Shown here in pieces: positions 9,901 to 18,756 of a DNA stretch of 64,000 nt. The notes under the pieces were generated by a model. The model was not told the origin of the DNA. It saw nothing but the letters and a program-made list of their open reading frames with translations, and did no database searches. Each line of letters begins with the position of its first letter. Within the stretch, counting starts at the first letter, position 1. The translations under genes were made by a program, and so were the position numbers. Origin of the DNA: a virus. The stretch covers positions 10,637-74,636 of IMG/VR virus record IMGVR_UViG_3300033977_000098. One strand, 5' to 3'.

Positions 9901-10818
9901 GTCCGACGCGATGGCAATGCCATCGGCCCGCACCAATAAGTTGGCGAGGTTGGTAAGTGTGTTCCGCACATCAGCGCTCACGTTGCCCTGCGCCGCAAAC
10001 AGCGCCGCCTTGCGTAACGCTTCAGGGTCCGTGCTGTACCCCTGGTCGCAGAACTTCTGTAGTTCGCTGGGCCCCTCGCCAACCGCCGCGCAGAGGTCAG
10101 ACCAGCCTCTACCTGAAGCCAGCGGACCTACGTAGTCAGTGCCGAACAATGATATACTCATCGGTATCCACCTCATCGACCTTACTGGACAGCGGTTTGG
10201 TAAGCTCGTCGTTCTGCGACGGAGCCCGAAGCTGGTAGCGTATGGTTCGCTTTGGGAGTGTCTCTGTGACCATCGTCTCCATCCTCTTGGATGCCTCGGC
10301 AGGCCATAAACCTGGAAGATGCGAACCACAGTTATTTCCGTGCGCCTAATACGCTTAGCAACCTGCTTCAACGTGAGACCCGCCATGTAGAGCTGGTGCA
10401 TCGGCCGCACGACCTCGATGGGCCACAACGTTGTGCGGCGGCGATTCAGGCGCGGACCGCGCGAGCCAGTCGGACGTCTCTCTACGCCGAATCGCCGCAA
10501 TGCATACAAAATCGCAGTATGATGGACGCCATACCGGTCCGCAAGCTGGTGAAGCGTCCAACCTTTCCGGTAAAGCTGCGCGCATTCCTGTAACGGCACT
10601 GTGGCGTGAAACGGGCGTATGGGAAAGCCGTTGCGCGCGAAGAGCTGACGGACCCGTTCGCGGGACAGGCCGATGCGCCGCGCCACTTCCGCGACCGTGA
10701 GCCCTGCGACGTGAAGCCGATGCAGCTTTCGGATGTGCTCTGTGGTCCATCTTCGAGCATGTTCACTTCGCATCGGGATTCTCCAAAAAGCTACCATCAT
10801 CAAGTTTGTGTAGAGCAA
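6994..10818 (-). CDS. Multidomain MuF (SPP1 gp7-like) head morphogenesis protein with HAD domain and intein; the N-terminal HTH part may be a fused separate gene (alternative start 10161)
   Basis: RAEMIARTEVARA...WQTS...CDDC...PPAHPN|intein|CDC; HAD motifs LCLDFDSTI, IFTART, KP...FVDDKA; three HTH-like repeats at N-terminus. Confidence 0.8.
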   Translation of the reverse strand: MLYTNLMMVAFWRIPMRSEHARRWTTEHIRKLHRLHVAGLTVAEVARRIGLSRERVRQLFARNGFPIRPFHATVPLQECAQLYRKGWTLHQLADRYGVHHTAILYALRRFGVERRPTGSRGPRLNRRRTTLWPIEVVRPMHQLYMAGLTLKQVAKRIRRTEITVVRIFQVYGLPRHPRGWRRWSQRHSQSEPYATSFGLRRRTTSLPNRCPVRSMRWIPMSISLFGTDYVGPLASGRGWSDLCAAVGEGPSELQKFCDQGYSTDPEALRKAALFAAQGNVSADVRNTLTNLANLLVRADGIAIASDSLIVEEDLPTELSNANVYVKHEGLQQMPTAAYERELVKALTDLLQKPLLCLDFDSTIQVGDPDDPTAITEFIDGAVDALRELSKDFDILIFTARTDFGPVWVALQQNKASAYVLDITNVKPVMAHEFVDDKATQFLGEWTPEFIEAVKNFQPYWKATGGAQTLTILKRDSRKPEEDAGYMEFPGAVKDADCKTVYVKGGVSKELGCCNDFGPADEQVRQFKCGTCDELIDKAPSVSTKSRSLPLAKAANIKIDPSHSTPALQEAERELAEIIKKVFRRQRDRAKEKADRLLKVHDEMVHALIVDGFGKAARRISATVGVRKPSEKGPEGGRTEAQSILFMPKDAWTKEDVRAWLKDHDFKTEIQETDSSYRARQADPDDFERIRTIPFKNGKKKIEEFDLAKQDDDAINIADAIFEALQELFGEIPMEAAPPLRHAAFAGIGKGVAELDLTDDDMISALNQGAQDWADERAAELVGMHKLEDGTFVENADAKWAISDTTRDDLRSIVTDAFGKETPMPDLIEQIREAGAFSDSRAEMIARTEVARAQCHANYDVWKDSGVVKKLQWQTSVEPNTCDDCKDANGEVVSLGETFPGVDVEAPPAHPNAVFEGSVFAPYGRLQQMLGAPYHGPAIALELELAENCGQSSPSYSSFTTDVPQRDVKLKEALDERQLLPGDHGWPTRPIGSERIKLTIGPNHPMLTCRGFLFAHELKKGDELLYDMRMESARMPAMEPNLEQVPLIQDAFESLRGRFGYSFVAAPRSYFHGDETFVYGEVQAVRPARSLLSELDSSELEHLCKCPLSGAYPDGAHVASCGTCQLGFQAFFATARSSVGRFKHLSTLAERSSAPKFFHASPVGNAGSGVSGCQDDLALLCCEPGPPFFKAARILQTQVGRFHGWAFDASTTSHIYNIGGIVVKNCDCAVIAVSFNKALGKGWVTIRGAHVFINDAGVIEQGPASMIGQKAPEAG
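7147..8085 (-). mobile_element. Intein (313 aa) in MuF with atypical Ala1 and Lys-Asn end, Cys+1
   Basis: Interrupts the HPN|CxC motif; block B-like LTIGPNHPMLT and ELKKGDEL; blocks F/G-like FHGWAFDAST...GGIVVKN/C. Confidence 0.8.
7213..8070 (+). CDS. DUF559/Vsr-like endonuclease encoded antisense inside the MuF intein
   Basis: GPRERAFAKML...FRQQTPCGPYSLDFTIDESFVAVEI resembles the DUF559 pattern; basic tandem repeat at N-terminus, HTH-like C-terminus; start and stop both inside the intein. Confidence 0.75.
   Translation: MKSPNLSLKNSRRLKERWSRFTAEQRKIILAPAHAAASVANRARMKEFWRTATLSQRRKMLEPAHAAARGRKERLESKLARAATRYMRAVGIGPRERAFAKMLKFAGIKFRQQTPCGPYSLDFTIDESFVAVEIRTGSSNKRVAKAAAQRLKSVLDQWHLFEVRFHSGHPRRFHAHVIKQLVTFLQFVRKQETTAGQHWVVRPDGQFYPFRAYGPRRPAVITREQLALVERLFKLNVSLRNIRRETGVARRRLPAVLSQLQLQRNRGAVVWRTKHLLKSAIGRKN
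10172..10309 (+). pseudogene. Remnant of an HNH-type homing endonuclease N-terminus, antisense within the MuF ORF
   Basis: LIDLTGQRFGKLVVLRRS...LWECLCDH, the same module as the N-terminus of 1737-2375; ends without a nuclease domain. Confidence 0.6.
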
Positions 10819-12187
10819 ACGGCGATGTGATTTTGCTGATAAATGCCCGAAGCTGCTTGAGGTTTTTGAGCGGGGTCATCTGCCCTATTCGGAACGCCCC
10901 CATGCCTTCGTGCACGAATATCTTTTCACCCCCCCCTCGGTTGTCGATGAGTACGCAATAGCCTTTCGCACGATTCTGCGTCAGGTCTTCTAGCTTTCTC
11001 TCTCGGCATTCTGGCCGCATGTTGATGCGCACGTTCGTCAGCTTCTTGCCCAACAGCGTCTTGACCTCAAGCCCGACCTTACCGCCCCCGGCGCGCACGT
11101 AGATATCGAGGGGGGAATTGTCTGGTGTGCGCTCACCGCCTACCGCCTCCGCAACGCGCTGTTCGTTCGCATCCGCCTTGCGCTGGTGCGCCTTCAAGGC
11201 CGGCTTGAAGTTCTTAAGCGCGGCCGTGCACTTGTCGGCAACCAGCGAGCCATCTGGCTTGAGCTGGTGGCCTACCATGCTGTGGGGGCCGTGCGTGATG
11301 CGCCCAGCCTCGTCGATAAACACGTGGGCACCGCGGATCGTGACCCAGCCTTTACTAACTGGTTGCGGCGCCGCGCCCTCTGTCCATCGTCCGTGCTCAT
11401 CACGCGGCTGGTCCGGCGAATACTTGCTCAAGCTTTCCCACGCTGTTAACGCCTTGTTCACGCCGAAGCGTGCGCCAATAGCGTCGCGCCGGCCGATGAG
11501 CGCGTTCGCGTATTTCCCGGACAGCCCAGCTTCGTTCACTAGCTCGCGGATCGTGTCGTCATCAAGGGTGGCGACGAGGTGTTGCGCCTGGGCTTGCAAT
11601 TCGTCATCAGTGAACCCCGCAAATATTGGTGCCGCATCAGGCGCCGTTTCCCGGTCCCGCATTGAATCAATCTCCGGGACTATTATTGCTGAAACGTCCT
11701 TATCCTGGCCTTGGGCTCGGAACGCGAACGTGCTTCCATTGTCGATGCGCAGATCGCGGCCATCAACACGTAGGATATTGCGGCCGCTGCTGCCGATGAC
11801 ATCGTGGTTAGCAAGGAGACAATCTGTAAGAAACCCGTCGCGCACGTCGGGGCTTTCGGCCAGTTCGTCACTGTCCAACTGTTCGCCTTCGACCATCTTG
11901 CCCGCGATGCCCAGGCCGCTCGCCTCGCCCCACCCGGCGTGGCCGGAAACGAGCTGCTTCTCTGGGACCGGCAATCCTACCGTGCGGTAAACCAGCGTCG
12001 CCAATAGTTCGGCGCGAGATTGCTCAGGGTCAAGCTGAGGGAACTTGACGTACCACTGCTGTCCGCTCTCGTCCTCGTAGACGCCGCCAGGATTTGAGCC
12101 TTTGTGCTGGCTGACGTGCCACCAGGAAGCAATGGACTCAGGTGCGCTCGCCTTGGTGAGCGTTCCGGCAATGAGAGAAGCGTCCAA
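10763..12187 (-). CDS. PI3/4-kinase/HipA-like kinase fused to PD-(D/E)XK nuclease
   Basis: GSNPGG...YVKF...AELLA...DCLLANHDVIG...RIDNG; linker YSPDQPRDEHGRWT and GWVTIRGAHVFI; C-terminal E...PLDI...LEVKT. Confidence 0.7.
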   Translation of the reverse strand: MDASLIAGTLTKASAPESIASWWHVSQHKGSNPGGVYEDESGQQWYVKFPQLDPEQSRAELLATLVYRTVGLPVPEKQLVSGHAGWGEASGLGIAGKMVEGEQLDSDELAESPDVRDGFLTDCLLANHDVIGSSGRNILRVDGRDLRIDNGSTFAFRAQGQDKDVSAIIVPEIDSMRDRETAPDAAPIFAGFTDDELQAQAQHLVATLDDDTIRELVNEAGLSGKYANALIGRRDAIGARFGVNKALTAWESLSKYSPDQPRDEHGRWTEGAAPQPVSKGWVTIRGAHVFIDEAGRITHGPHSMVGHQLKPDGSLVADKCTAALKNFKPALKAHQRKADANEQRVAEAVGGERTPDNSPLDIYVRAGGGKVGLEVKTLLGKKLTNVRINMRPECRERKLEDLTQNRAKGYCVLIDNRGGGEKIFVHEGMGAFRIGQMTPLKNLKQLRAFISKITSPFALHKLDDGSFLENPDAK

Positions 12188-12189
12188 AT

Positions 12190-12588
12190 CTAGTGCCCCG
12201 ACTTCCTCACAAGTGCCGCCGTGTCTTCAGATGCCGTGCCGGTTATGCCAACCGTGAGCAACGCGGCAGGGTTGACAACAAATTCCCAATCCACTAGGCC
12301 CGTGCCGGTCATTCCAAGACTCCCCCATACGAACTCGCCCAAGTCAATGCCGGAGGCCGCTAGCGGCTGGAAGCCGTCAAAAACGTAATTGTCGTCGTTT
12401 TGATTGGTTGGGCCAGCATCCAGCACCGAGGCAAGGATGGATTTACTATTTGCCAGGTTCGTGACGCGCACAACTTTGTTGAACGCACGGATGGATGGCA
12501 ACGCCACGAACGGCGTGGTCGTGTCGATGAGCCGTCCCGTGAACGTCTTCCCTCCCACGTTACCTTTTCTCGTTGCAATCACGTGCAT
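12190..12588 (-). CDS. RlpA-like double-psi beta-barrel protein
   Basis: FVALPS...VVRVTNLANSKSILASVLDAGP...GIDL. Confidence 0.6.
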   Translation of the reverse strand: MHVIATRKGNVGGKTFTGRLIDTTTPFVALPSIRAFNKVVRVTNLANSKSILASVLDAGPTNQNDDNYVFDGFQPLAASGIDLGEFVWGSLGMTGTGLVDWEFVVNPAALLTVGITGTASEDTAALVRKSGH

Positions 12589-14036
12589 CAGAGCACCTCC
12601 GTTTGACGAATCAGAATAGTTACCCGCTGGACGGGATAGCTGAAGCCTGACGGCCGCATGAATCCCACTTCCTGCTTTCCGATGTTCTCCACCTTGAACT
12701 CACCGTGCGTCACAACCTCGCCCTGGTCTCGGTCTGCCAGCGCGTCCAGTGCAATGCCTTTCACTGGCCCCTGCGTCTTCAGGATGTATTCGTAATTGAG
12801 CGCCTTGCCCTTCTCGGCAAAGTGCAACGCCATCTTATCCCGGAGCGAGAATGAAACGAGCCGGTCGAGAGTGAGCGTATCCCCGGCTTTTAGAAGTTCC
12901 AAGTCTTTTATCGGCTGGTCGCCGTGGAGCCCGCGGTAGAGCGTGATGTCGCGCTCGGGCGCCTTGCGGATGTACTCGACGAACCGCTTTGCGGCGCGTG
13001 CGGCGATCTCGGCCGACGCCTGAACGGGCTGCCCATCTAGCCGCTTGTGCTCGTCTTTGTAGTCAAACCGATAGCGGGCATCAGCGGCGCGTGCCAGCAG
13101 CCAGCCCGCCAAGCCTTCGTCGCCTCTGTGGATGTATTGCTGGGAAGCATCGCTGACGGCCCGGCTCCATTGCACGACGGGCGAATAAGCACATGCCGCT
13201 TCAATGTCCTTTTGCAATTCTGGGTCTTCTTGGCTCCGCTCAGCCAGCTCGGCACTTACGGCTGCCCGCTCCTCGCGGGACCAGCTCGGATCCATCTCGT
13301 GAATCAGATAGCCGCCCTCCCACTCCGGGCTTTCTTTCGCGTACTTGGAAAGTTCACGATCGTAATAATTTTTATGACGTTTGCCAAGCGCCTCTTGGAA
13401 TGCCAGCACTTTGCCATTCTTTTGGCACAGTTTTGCCATAGTTATTTTTGCGAGATGCTCGCGCAACACGGCAAGAACCTCATGGTCTGCCGTCTCGGCG
13501 CCGCGCACGTCCAACAGTAAGTCGCTTAGGCTCCTGACGGGAGCGAGCACGACGCGCTCGGACTCCATGTCGCCGTCCCAAGGCGCACCACTGACCCGGT
13601 GTCCCACGTAGTAGCGGGTGGAATAAAAATCACCGAGCCATGAATCAACTGCCGCGATGATGCCGCTCTCCTCCCACGTTTCGCGGATCGCCGCGTGCTG
13701 CGGGGATTCGTCGTCTTGGAGATGTCCCTTGGGAAAAGTGTTGACATAGCCGCCGTACTGGTCGGCTGGGGATACCAGCCAGACCCGGCCATCCGGCTCG
13801 AGAACGACAATGCCCGCTGAATCGAATGTAGCGATAGGCTCTTCGATGCCGTCGCTGATAAGTTGCGCGTAATCGGGTTCGATGACGCTGAGGAAAGGAA
13901 TGCCGTTCAGCTCGATGGGGGCATGGTCATCCGGCGTCCACGACATGACGGCGCCGGCAATGATTGCCTTGAGCTGAGCGTACAGGGCCCGCCGCACGGC
14001 GTGGATTTGCTCAACGATGGCAGGACTCTCATTCAC
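12588..14036 (-). CDS. Nudix hydrolase fused to ADP-ribosyltransferase
   Basis: Nudix box PKGHLQDDESPQHAAIRETWEESG; ART-like R-S-E motifs LYRG, VSFS, DQGEVV. Confidence 0.75.
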   Translation of the reverse strand: MNESPAIVEQIHAVRRALYAQLKAIIAGAVMSWTPDDHAPIELNGIPFLSVIEPDYAQLISDGIEEPIATFDSAGIVVLEPDGRVWLVSPADQYGGYVNTFPKGHLQDDESPQHAAIRETWEESGIIAAVDSWLGDFYSTRYYVGHRVSGAPWDGDMESERVVLAPVRSLSDLLLDVRGAETADHEVLAVLREHLAKITMAKLCQKNGKVLAFQEALGKRHKNYYDRELSKYAKESPEWEGGYLIHEMDPSWSREERAAVSAELAERSQEDPELQKDIEAACAYSPVVQWSRAVSDASQQYIHRGDEGLAGWLLARAADARYRFDYKDEHKRLDGQPVQASAEIAARAAKRFVEYIRKAPERDITLYRGLHGDQPIKDLELLKAGDTLTLDRLVSFSLRDKMALHFAEKGKALNYEYILKTQGPVKGIALDALADRDQGEVVTHGEFKVENIGKQEVGFMRPSGFSYPVQRVTILIRQTEVL

Positions 14037-14283
14037 TCCGCCCCCGCTCTGCGGCTTGCAGAATGGCGAAACCTTTTGCTAATCGGAAGGGAATTCTTCT
14101 GGTCGTGAGCGAAACCACGTCCGGCTCAGAGTAAGTGCCGATTCGTCCCTTTGCCGTCTTGTCATTTGGGCCGAGCGTGCAACAGCATTCTGATAAGTGG
14201 ATGCAGTAGGGGCAGCTAGTGTATCCCGACCCGTAAAAACCGTCGGCCTGGTCGTTAGGATGCGCAATAATATCGTGAGACAT
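14029..14283 (-). CDS. Hypothetical Cys-rich protein
   Basis: Overlaps neighbour in operon; CPYC...CCC. Confidence 0.35.
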   Translation of the reverse strand: MSHDIIAHPNDQADGFYGSGYTSCPYCIHLSECCCTLGPNDKTAKGRIGTYSEPDVVSLTTRRIPFRLAKGFAILQAAERGRSE

Positions 14284-14511
14284 AATTCAATCCGGCACGC
14301 GAAATTTCCGAGCCGGCTTGCTTCGCGGCTCGGGTGACCGCTGCGTTTCGGCCGGAGGCAGAGGTCGCGGTGGTACAAAGCCGTTGCGCACCGGCTCAAG
14401 CGGTGGCATAACGAACGGCGGAGGCCACAGAGCAAACCCCAGAGTGTTTGCAGTCGTACATATAAAGTGAATTTCGCTCCCGTCGCCACCATTTCCTGGG
14501 TAGTCCCTCAT

Positions 14512-17500
14512 CTAATCCTCCACCCTAAACTTGCGCTGTCCGGCTTTACTCAGCTCATAAACGTCTTCGACCTTTTGGAGTCGGGATAAGGCGCAGCGGA
14601 AGCAACCATCCTTGTACTCAGGATGCGTGGTGCATTCGATGCGACTGTGCCCGTTGCCCCCTTTCACTTTCTTTGTCTTAGGTTGGCCTCTGGGCGCTGG
14701 CCCACCAGCCTCGGGTGGCGCTTCCTCGCCCGGCAGGCCTTTCCCCTTTGCAGTTTGCAGCTCCAGGGCCCGGGCATGAGCTTGTTCGCCACGCGCTTGC
14801 AACTTTGCTTCTTGCTCGTCGGCGTGGTCCTGCATGTTGCCGACTAGCATTTTGCCTGCCGGTCCTGCCGCCGAACCCACCGCACCTGGTTGGCCAATCA
14901 CGCCCGCTGTGAGCGGCACGAAACCGTTCTGAGTGAGCACACCCGGCTCATCCGCTTCTTTGAAAGGCAGCGGGTCGAGTCCCAGGCCATCGCGCACCTC
15001 ATTGATCGTCTTGACCCCGCTGCTTACGTAAACCTTGTCCACGTTGGCTTGGATTTCGGGATCAACTTCCTTGTTTTGTACCCACGCGAACTCGATATCG
15101 CTGAACTGCATCTTGCGCTGGATGATGAGATTGATGAGGTCGGCAATCCAGCGCATCTTGGGCGCCAGCCCTTCCTCCTCCGCCGTCTGTACGTTCGTCT
15201 GAGCCGTGGCGCGGTTCATCATGCGCATCAGCGCTTGTGAGGGTACGCCGAAGCAATAGCACACGATCTGCCACAACCACTCGAACAGCGGGTCTTTGAG
15301 CAAGCGCTCTTTCGGGAAGATGACGTTTGGGCGCGCGTTCTGGCCCGTGCCGTAACCGGGAAGGAAGGTCAGGCGCCGGCGCTTTGCCAAGTCGCCTGCC
15401 AGAATTGAATCAAACCACTCCTGCACTTCACGGATGCGCTGGATGGGAATGTCCTGCGGCAAGAAGCACATCGCCTCCGGGATGTTGCCCGAGGTGTTGC
15501 CGCACCACGCTGCCTTACCGTTGCGTCGAACGTAAAGGAAAGTGTGGGGCACCTCAAAACAAGAGACTTCGCCGTGATACTCGATTTCCTGGACCGAAGA
15601 GATATGGCTCTTCTTACGCTGGCCCCGATACACCGTCCATCCGCCACGCGACCACCCGCTCGGACGACCTGGGAAACGATATATACCTGCGGGACGACAG
15701 GAGACCGTCGGTGCATAACCAGCCTTCTGCAAAATCTCCGTAAGTTGATCGGCCAATCTCCGGCTGGAGGTGAAAGCGCTTTGATTCACCCTGCCATCCC
15801 CGCTGGCTTGGCCATCACCGGCGGAGTAAAATCTCCAAAAGATTTCCAACTGGCGCGGCGTTGCTTCCCGGATGTCCTCGGGGATAAATTTTTCGTGAGC
15901 ATGGCCGAACCTTCGTAAGAATGGACGCATCGTTGCTGCGCAGACTTCCAACTGCTTTTCGCCCGCCGCTACTGTTCCAAATATCCGCGTAAGCAATTCC
16001 AGGTAAAGAGCGCGCGAACCACGCTGATCTTCTGGCTGTGCGATGCCGATTACCCCGTTGGATTTACAAGAGCCCTCAGCCAAGTACATCCCCATAAAGG
16101 CGCAATAGTCATCGCCAGACATGCGAACGGCCCGAGCTTTTCTGTGTCCATAAACAGACCTGCGCTGCCATCCCGTGCGCAGAGCGTGGTAGGTTTCGTG
16201 TGCTGTCTGCATGGAGATGCCACAGGCTTGCCCAATGGCAGCGAAACTCTTTCCTTGGCGGCGCAGGGATAAAATCAGTTCATCACGGTGCGCCGCTTGG
16301 GCCATCGCCATACGATGTTCTGATTCACCGAAAGTCTTCTCGACAATCTCTGTTCCCTCCCACACCGAGGTTTGCGGGATGCAAGTTTGACCCGTATAGT
16401 GCGCTGCCAAGTCACGCGCCAGCAACTCAATTTCCCGTTTCGGTTGCGGCTTCCCTAATCGAAGTGAGCGTGGCATTGAATCCACTAACATACGGTGACC
16501 GGGCATGACCAGTAGGTCCAATGACCGGGCCCCAAAATGAAGCATTGTGCCCTCGTACCAATCGCAATGGCGTGCCGTTGCTTTTTGCCATTCGAAGTTT
16601 CCGGTGTTGATCTGACGAGTTGCCAGCTCGTCGGCACCATCAATTTCATGATACCTTAACCAACCGCGTCGAGTCAGGTACTCCGTATCCTCTGAATAGC
16701 AGTACGCATCCAAGGTGAACTTCTGCGCGTTCAGCCCCGTAGCAATCGTAATCATGATTTGCTCGACCGGGGGAAAGCCGTACCGCTTGTGGTTTCGGCG
16801 ATTGCGCATCGAGTAAATCAAATCGTCCACCGTCATGTCGAAGGCCGGCAAGCCATAGAGAATTTCCTGATAGGCCACTTGCGGCGCGGGGGGTGTGGTC
16901 CCTTGATCGGTCAACATGCGGGCGATGAGTGCCCCGTCGATGGTACGCAAGCTGGCGATCCGCTTTTGTTGGTCCTTCTCAAGATAGATTGCGGAGGCAT
17001 CCAGGACGAGCATGTCCTCGATTAAAGGCCGCAGCCAATCGGACCACGGATGTTCGCCGTCGGGATAGGCGAAGAATTTATTGAGCTGGTCAATTCGCGT
17101 GTCACTGTCGCTGCGCTTCTGATAATCCCCTTGCTTCTCACTCTTCTTGCGCACCAGGCGGAATTCGTACTCTGCCGTGCAGAGCCGGTCTTTGACCGTC
17201 TCAATCACGCAGCGCAGCAAGTCCCAGGAGTCCGCAAAGGCGCGCAGAACCGGATAGCCGACGCCGGCGCCCTCAGCCTCAGTCTTGGGCGTCCAGATGA
17301 TGTTGGCACCGGGCGGGATCTCGTACTGCCGAATTGCCTGCCCGGCAGGGGCCATGGGCTTGATCGGCTGGAGAGCTGACTGGCCGCACCAGGCCGGCTT
17401 GCCGTTCCTCCGCGTATAGACAACACCCGCAGGCACGTTCGGGCACCAGACTTTACCCCTATAAGGTACAATCTCCTTCGCAGTAATTTCGGCACGTTTT

Positions 17501-18756
17501 AAACTCTTGTAGGCGCTCACAATAAATATCGAGCTTGCCTTGATGAGACGGAGTGAGCCATTCGGCTCTCGTATGAAACGGTCCGGGCGTTGCTCTGTGT
17601 GAATGACCGCGGTACTGCCCATCTTCTGTGCAACTTCTTGTAGTTGGTCCGCCATGCGATGGGACGTTGTAAAGAGCCGTCCAGTCTTGTTGAGTCCGTC
17701 CCCTAGCTGGAAAAATTTCCAGAAGATCCGCAACTGATTCGGTGGGGCATTTAAAATTTCGTCTGGAATCCATTTGTCTCGGGCGTGCCCAAACTGACGG
17801 CAGTACTCAGCCAGCACCGAATCATGAATGCGAAACCCATGCTTATCGCTGCTATGGCGGCCAGGCGCGATGCGCTCGACGAGATGACCAAATTCCTTGC
17901 GACCGCGGCCCTTGAACGTCTGCGTGATCGCGACGCATGAGGCATGTCCGTCGCGTTGCCGAATAAAGCATGAACCTTCGCTTAGATAAGCCCCCATGAA
18001 CGCAGCGTAGTCATCGCCGGTCATTCGCACGGGTGCCTTTTCCGCAAAAGGCTTTTTGACTTCCCCCTTGAGCCAATGTCGGACAGTCGTGCGAGGCAGA
18101 CAGAGGGCCTGGGAAATGAATCGGCTGCGATGCCCCGCGTCCCGAAAGCGTTTGAATCTTTCATATTCCTGTCTGCGATCCTGCCCGAAAGCGCGCGGAG
18201 GAATGGGGATGCAATTCCAGAGCGACGTGAGCGGGATTCTAGCCCGATGCCGACCTGTGGCTGCCGTATTTGCCGTGAACAGGTCTTTGGCAGGGACAAT
18301 CTCACCGCAGCGATAATGAATTGGCGTCCCCCGGTCGCAAATCCACCAATCTACGAGCATACGGTGATCGGCAGTAACCATTAGGTCGAGAGCGCGTGAG
18401 GTGAAATGGTACAGTTCACCTTCAAAATCATTGACACTCAACGCACGAACGGTTTGCCATTGGAAACATTCCTGTGTGTCACGAGTTGCAACCTCGTCTT
18501 GACCAGCAATAACTTCGTTCCAACGAAGCCACCCGCGCCGCGACAAGACTTCCGTCTGCTCGTCATAACAGAACCAGAACCCCGCCACGACATCCGTGAT
18601 GCCGTGCGACCCTCCCGGCGGCATGATTTGTGGGATGTTTAATGGCTTAGGAATGGGGAGAATTTGCGCGCCTTGGGGAAGTTGGTCTTGTTTGATCTTG
18701 GCAAGCGCTGTCGAGTCCGACTTTGGTTTACCCAGCAACCAGTTACGGATGGCCAT
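14512..18756 (-). CDS. Phage portal protein with two inteins
   Basis: Extein motifs DMLVLDA...TIDGALI...AYQEILYG...YGFPPVEQI...FGVP...INEVRDGLGLDPL; start MAIRNW overlaps the upstream stop (TAATG). Confidence 0.9.
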   Translation of the reverse strand: MAIRNWLLGKPKSDSTALAKIKQDQLPQGAQILPIPKPLNIPQIMPPGGSHGITDVVAGFWFCYDEQTEVLSRRGWLRWNEVIAGQDEVATRDTQECFQWQTVRALSVNDFEGELYHFTSRALDLMVTADHRMLVDWWICDRGTPIHYRCGEIVPAKDLFTANTAATGRHRARIPLTSLWNCIPIPPRAFGQDRRQEYERFKRFRDAGHRSRFISQALCLPRTTVRHWLKGEVKKPFAEKAPVRMTGDDYAAFMGAYLSEGSCFIRQRDGHASCVAITQTFKGRGRKEFGHLVERIAPGRHSSDKHGFRIHDSVLAEYCRQFGHARDKWIPDEILNAPPNQLRIFWKFFQLGDGLNKTGRLFTTSHRMADQLQEVAQKMGSTAVIHTEQRPDRFIREPNGSLRLIKASSIFIVSAYKSLKRAEITAKEIVPYRGKVWCPNVPAGVVYTRRNGKPAWCGQSALQPIKPMAPAGQAIRQYEIPPGANIIWTPKTEAEGAGVGYPVLRAFADSWDLLRCVIETVKDRLCTAEYEFRLVRKKSEKQGDYQKRSDSDTRIDQLNKFFAYPDGEHPWSDWLRPLIEDMLVLDASAIYLEKDQQKRIASLRTIDGALIARMLTDQGTTPPAPQVAYQEILYGLPAFDMTVDDLIYSMRNRRNHKRYGFPPVEQIMITIATGLNAQKFTLDAYCYSEDTEYLTRRGWLRYHEIDGADELATRQINTGNFEWQKATARHCDWYEGTMLHFGARSLDLLVMPGHRMLVDSMPRSLRLGKPQPKREIELLARDLAAHYTGQTCIPQTSVWEGTEIVEKTFGESEHRMAMAQAAHRDELILSLRRQGKSFAAIGQACGISMQTAHETYHALRTGWQRRSVYGHRKARAVRMSGDDYCAFMGMYLAEGSCKSNGVIGIAQPEDQRGSRALYLELLTRIFGTVAAGEKQLEVCAATMRPFLRRFGHAHEKFIPEDIREATPRQLEIFWRFYSAGDGQASGDGRVNQSAFTSSRRLADQLTEILQKAGYAPTVSCRPAGIYRFPGRPSGWSRGGWTVYRGQRKKSHISSVQEIEYHGEVSCFEVPHTFLYVRRNGKAAWCGNTSGNIPEAMCFLPQDIPIQRIREVQEWFDSILAGDLAKRRRLTFLPGYGTGQNARPNVIFPKERLLKDPLFEWLWQIVCYCFGVPSQALMRMMNRATAQTNVQTAEEEGLAPKMRWIADLINLIIQRKMQFSDIEFAWVQNKEVDPEIQANVDKVYVSSGVKTINEVRDGLGLDPLPFKEADEPGVLTQNGFVPLTAGVIGQPGAVGSAAGPAGKMLVGNMQDHADEQEAKLQARGEQAHARALELQTAKGKGLPGEEAPPEAGGPAPRGQPKTKKVKGGNGHSRIECTTHPEYKDGCFRCALSRLQKVEDVYELSKAGQRKFRVED
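15496..16701 (-). mobile_element. Portal intein 2 (402 aa), LAGLIDADG type with HTH-like insert
   Basis: Y|CYSEDTEYLT...VMPGHRM...FMGMYLAEGS...YSAGDG...RRNGKAAWCGN|T. Confidence 0.9.
17380..18570 (-). mobile_element. Portal intein 1 (397 aa), LAGLIDADG type, C-terminal Gln
   Basis: F|CYDEQTEVLS...VTADHRM...FMGAYLSEGS...FQLGDG...RRNGKPAWCGQ|S. Confidence 0.9.

Noticed and set aside
10763-10765. TGA at a Trp-equivalent position suggesting stop-codon recoding
   Set aside because: Similarity to MuF ends right after it, and all long genes read normally in the standard code.
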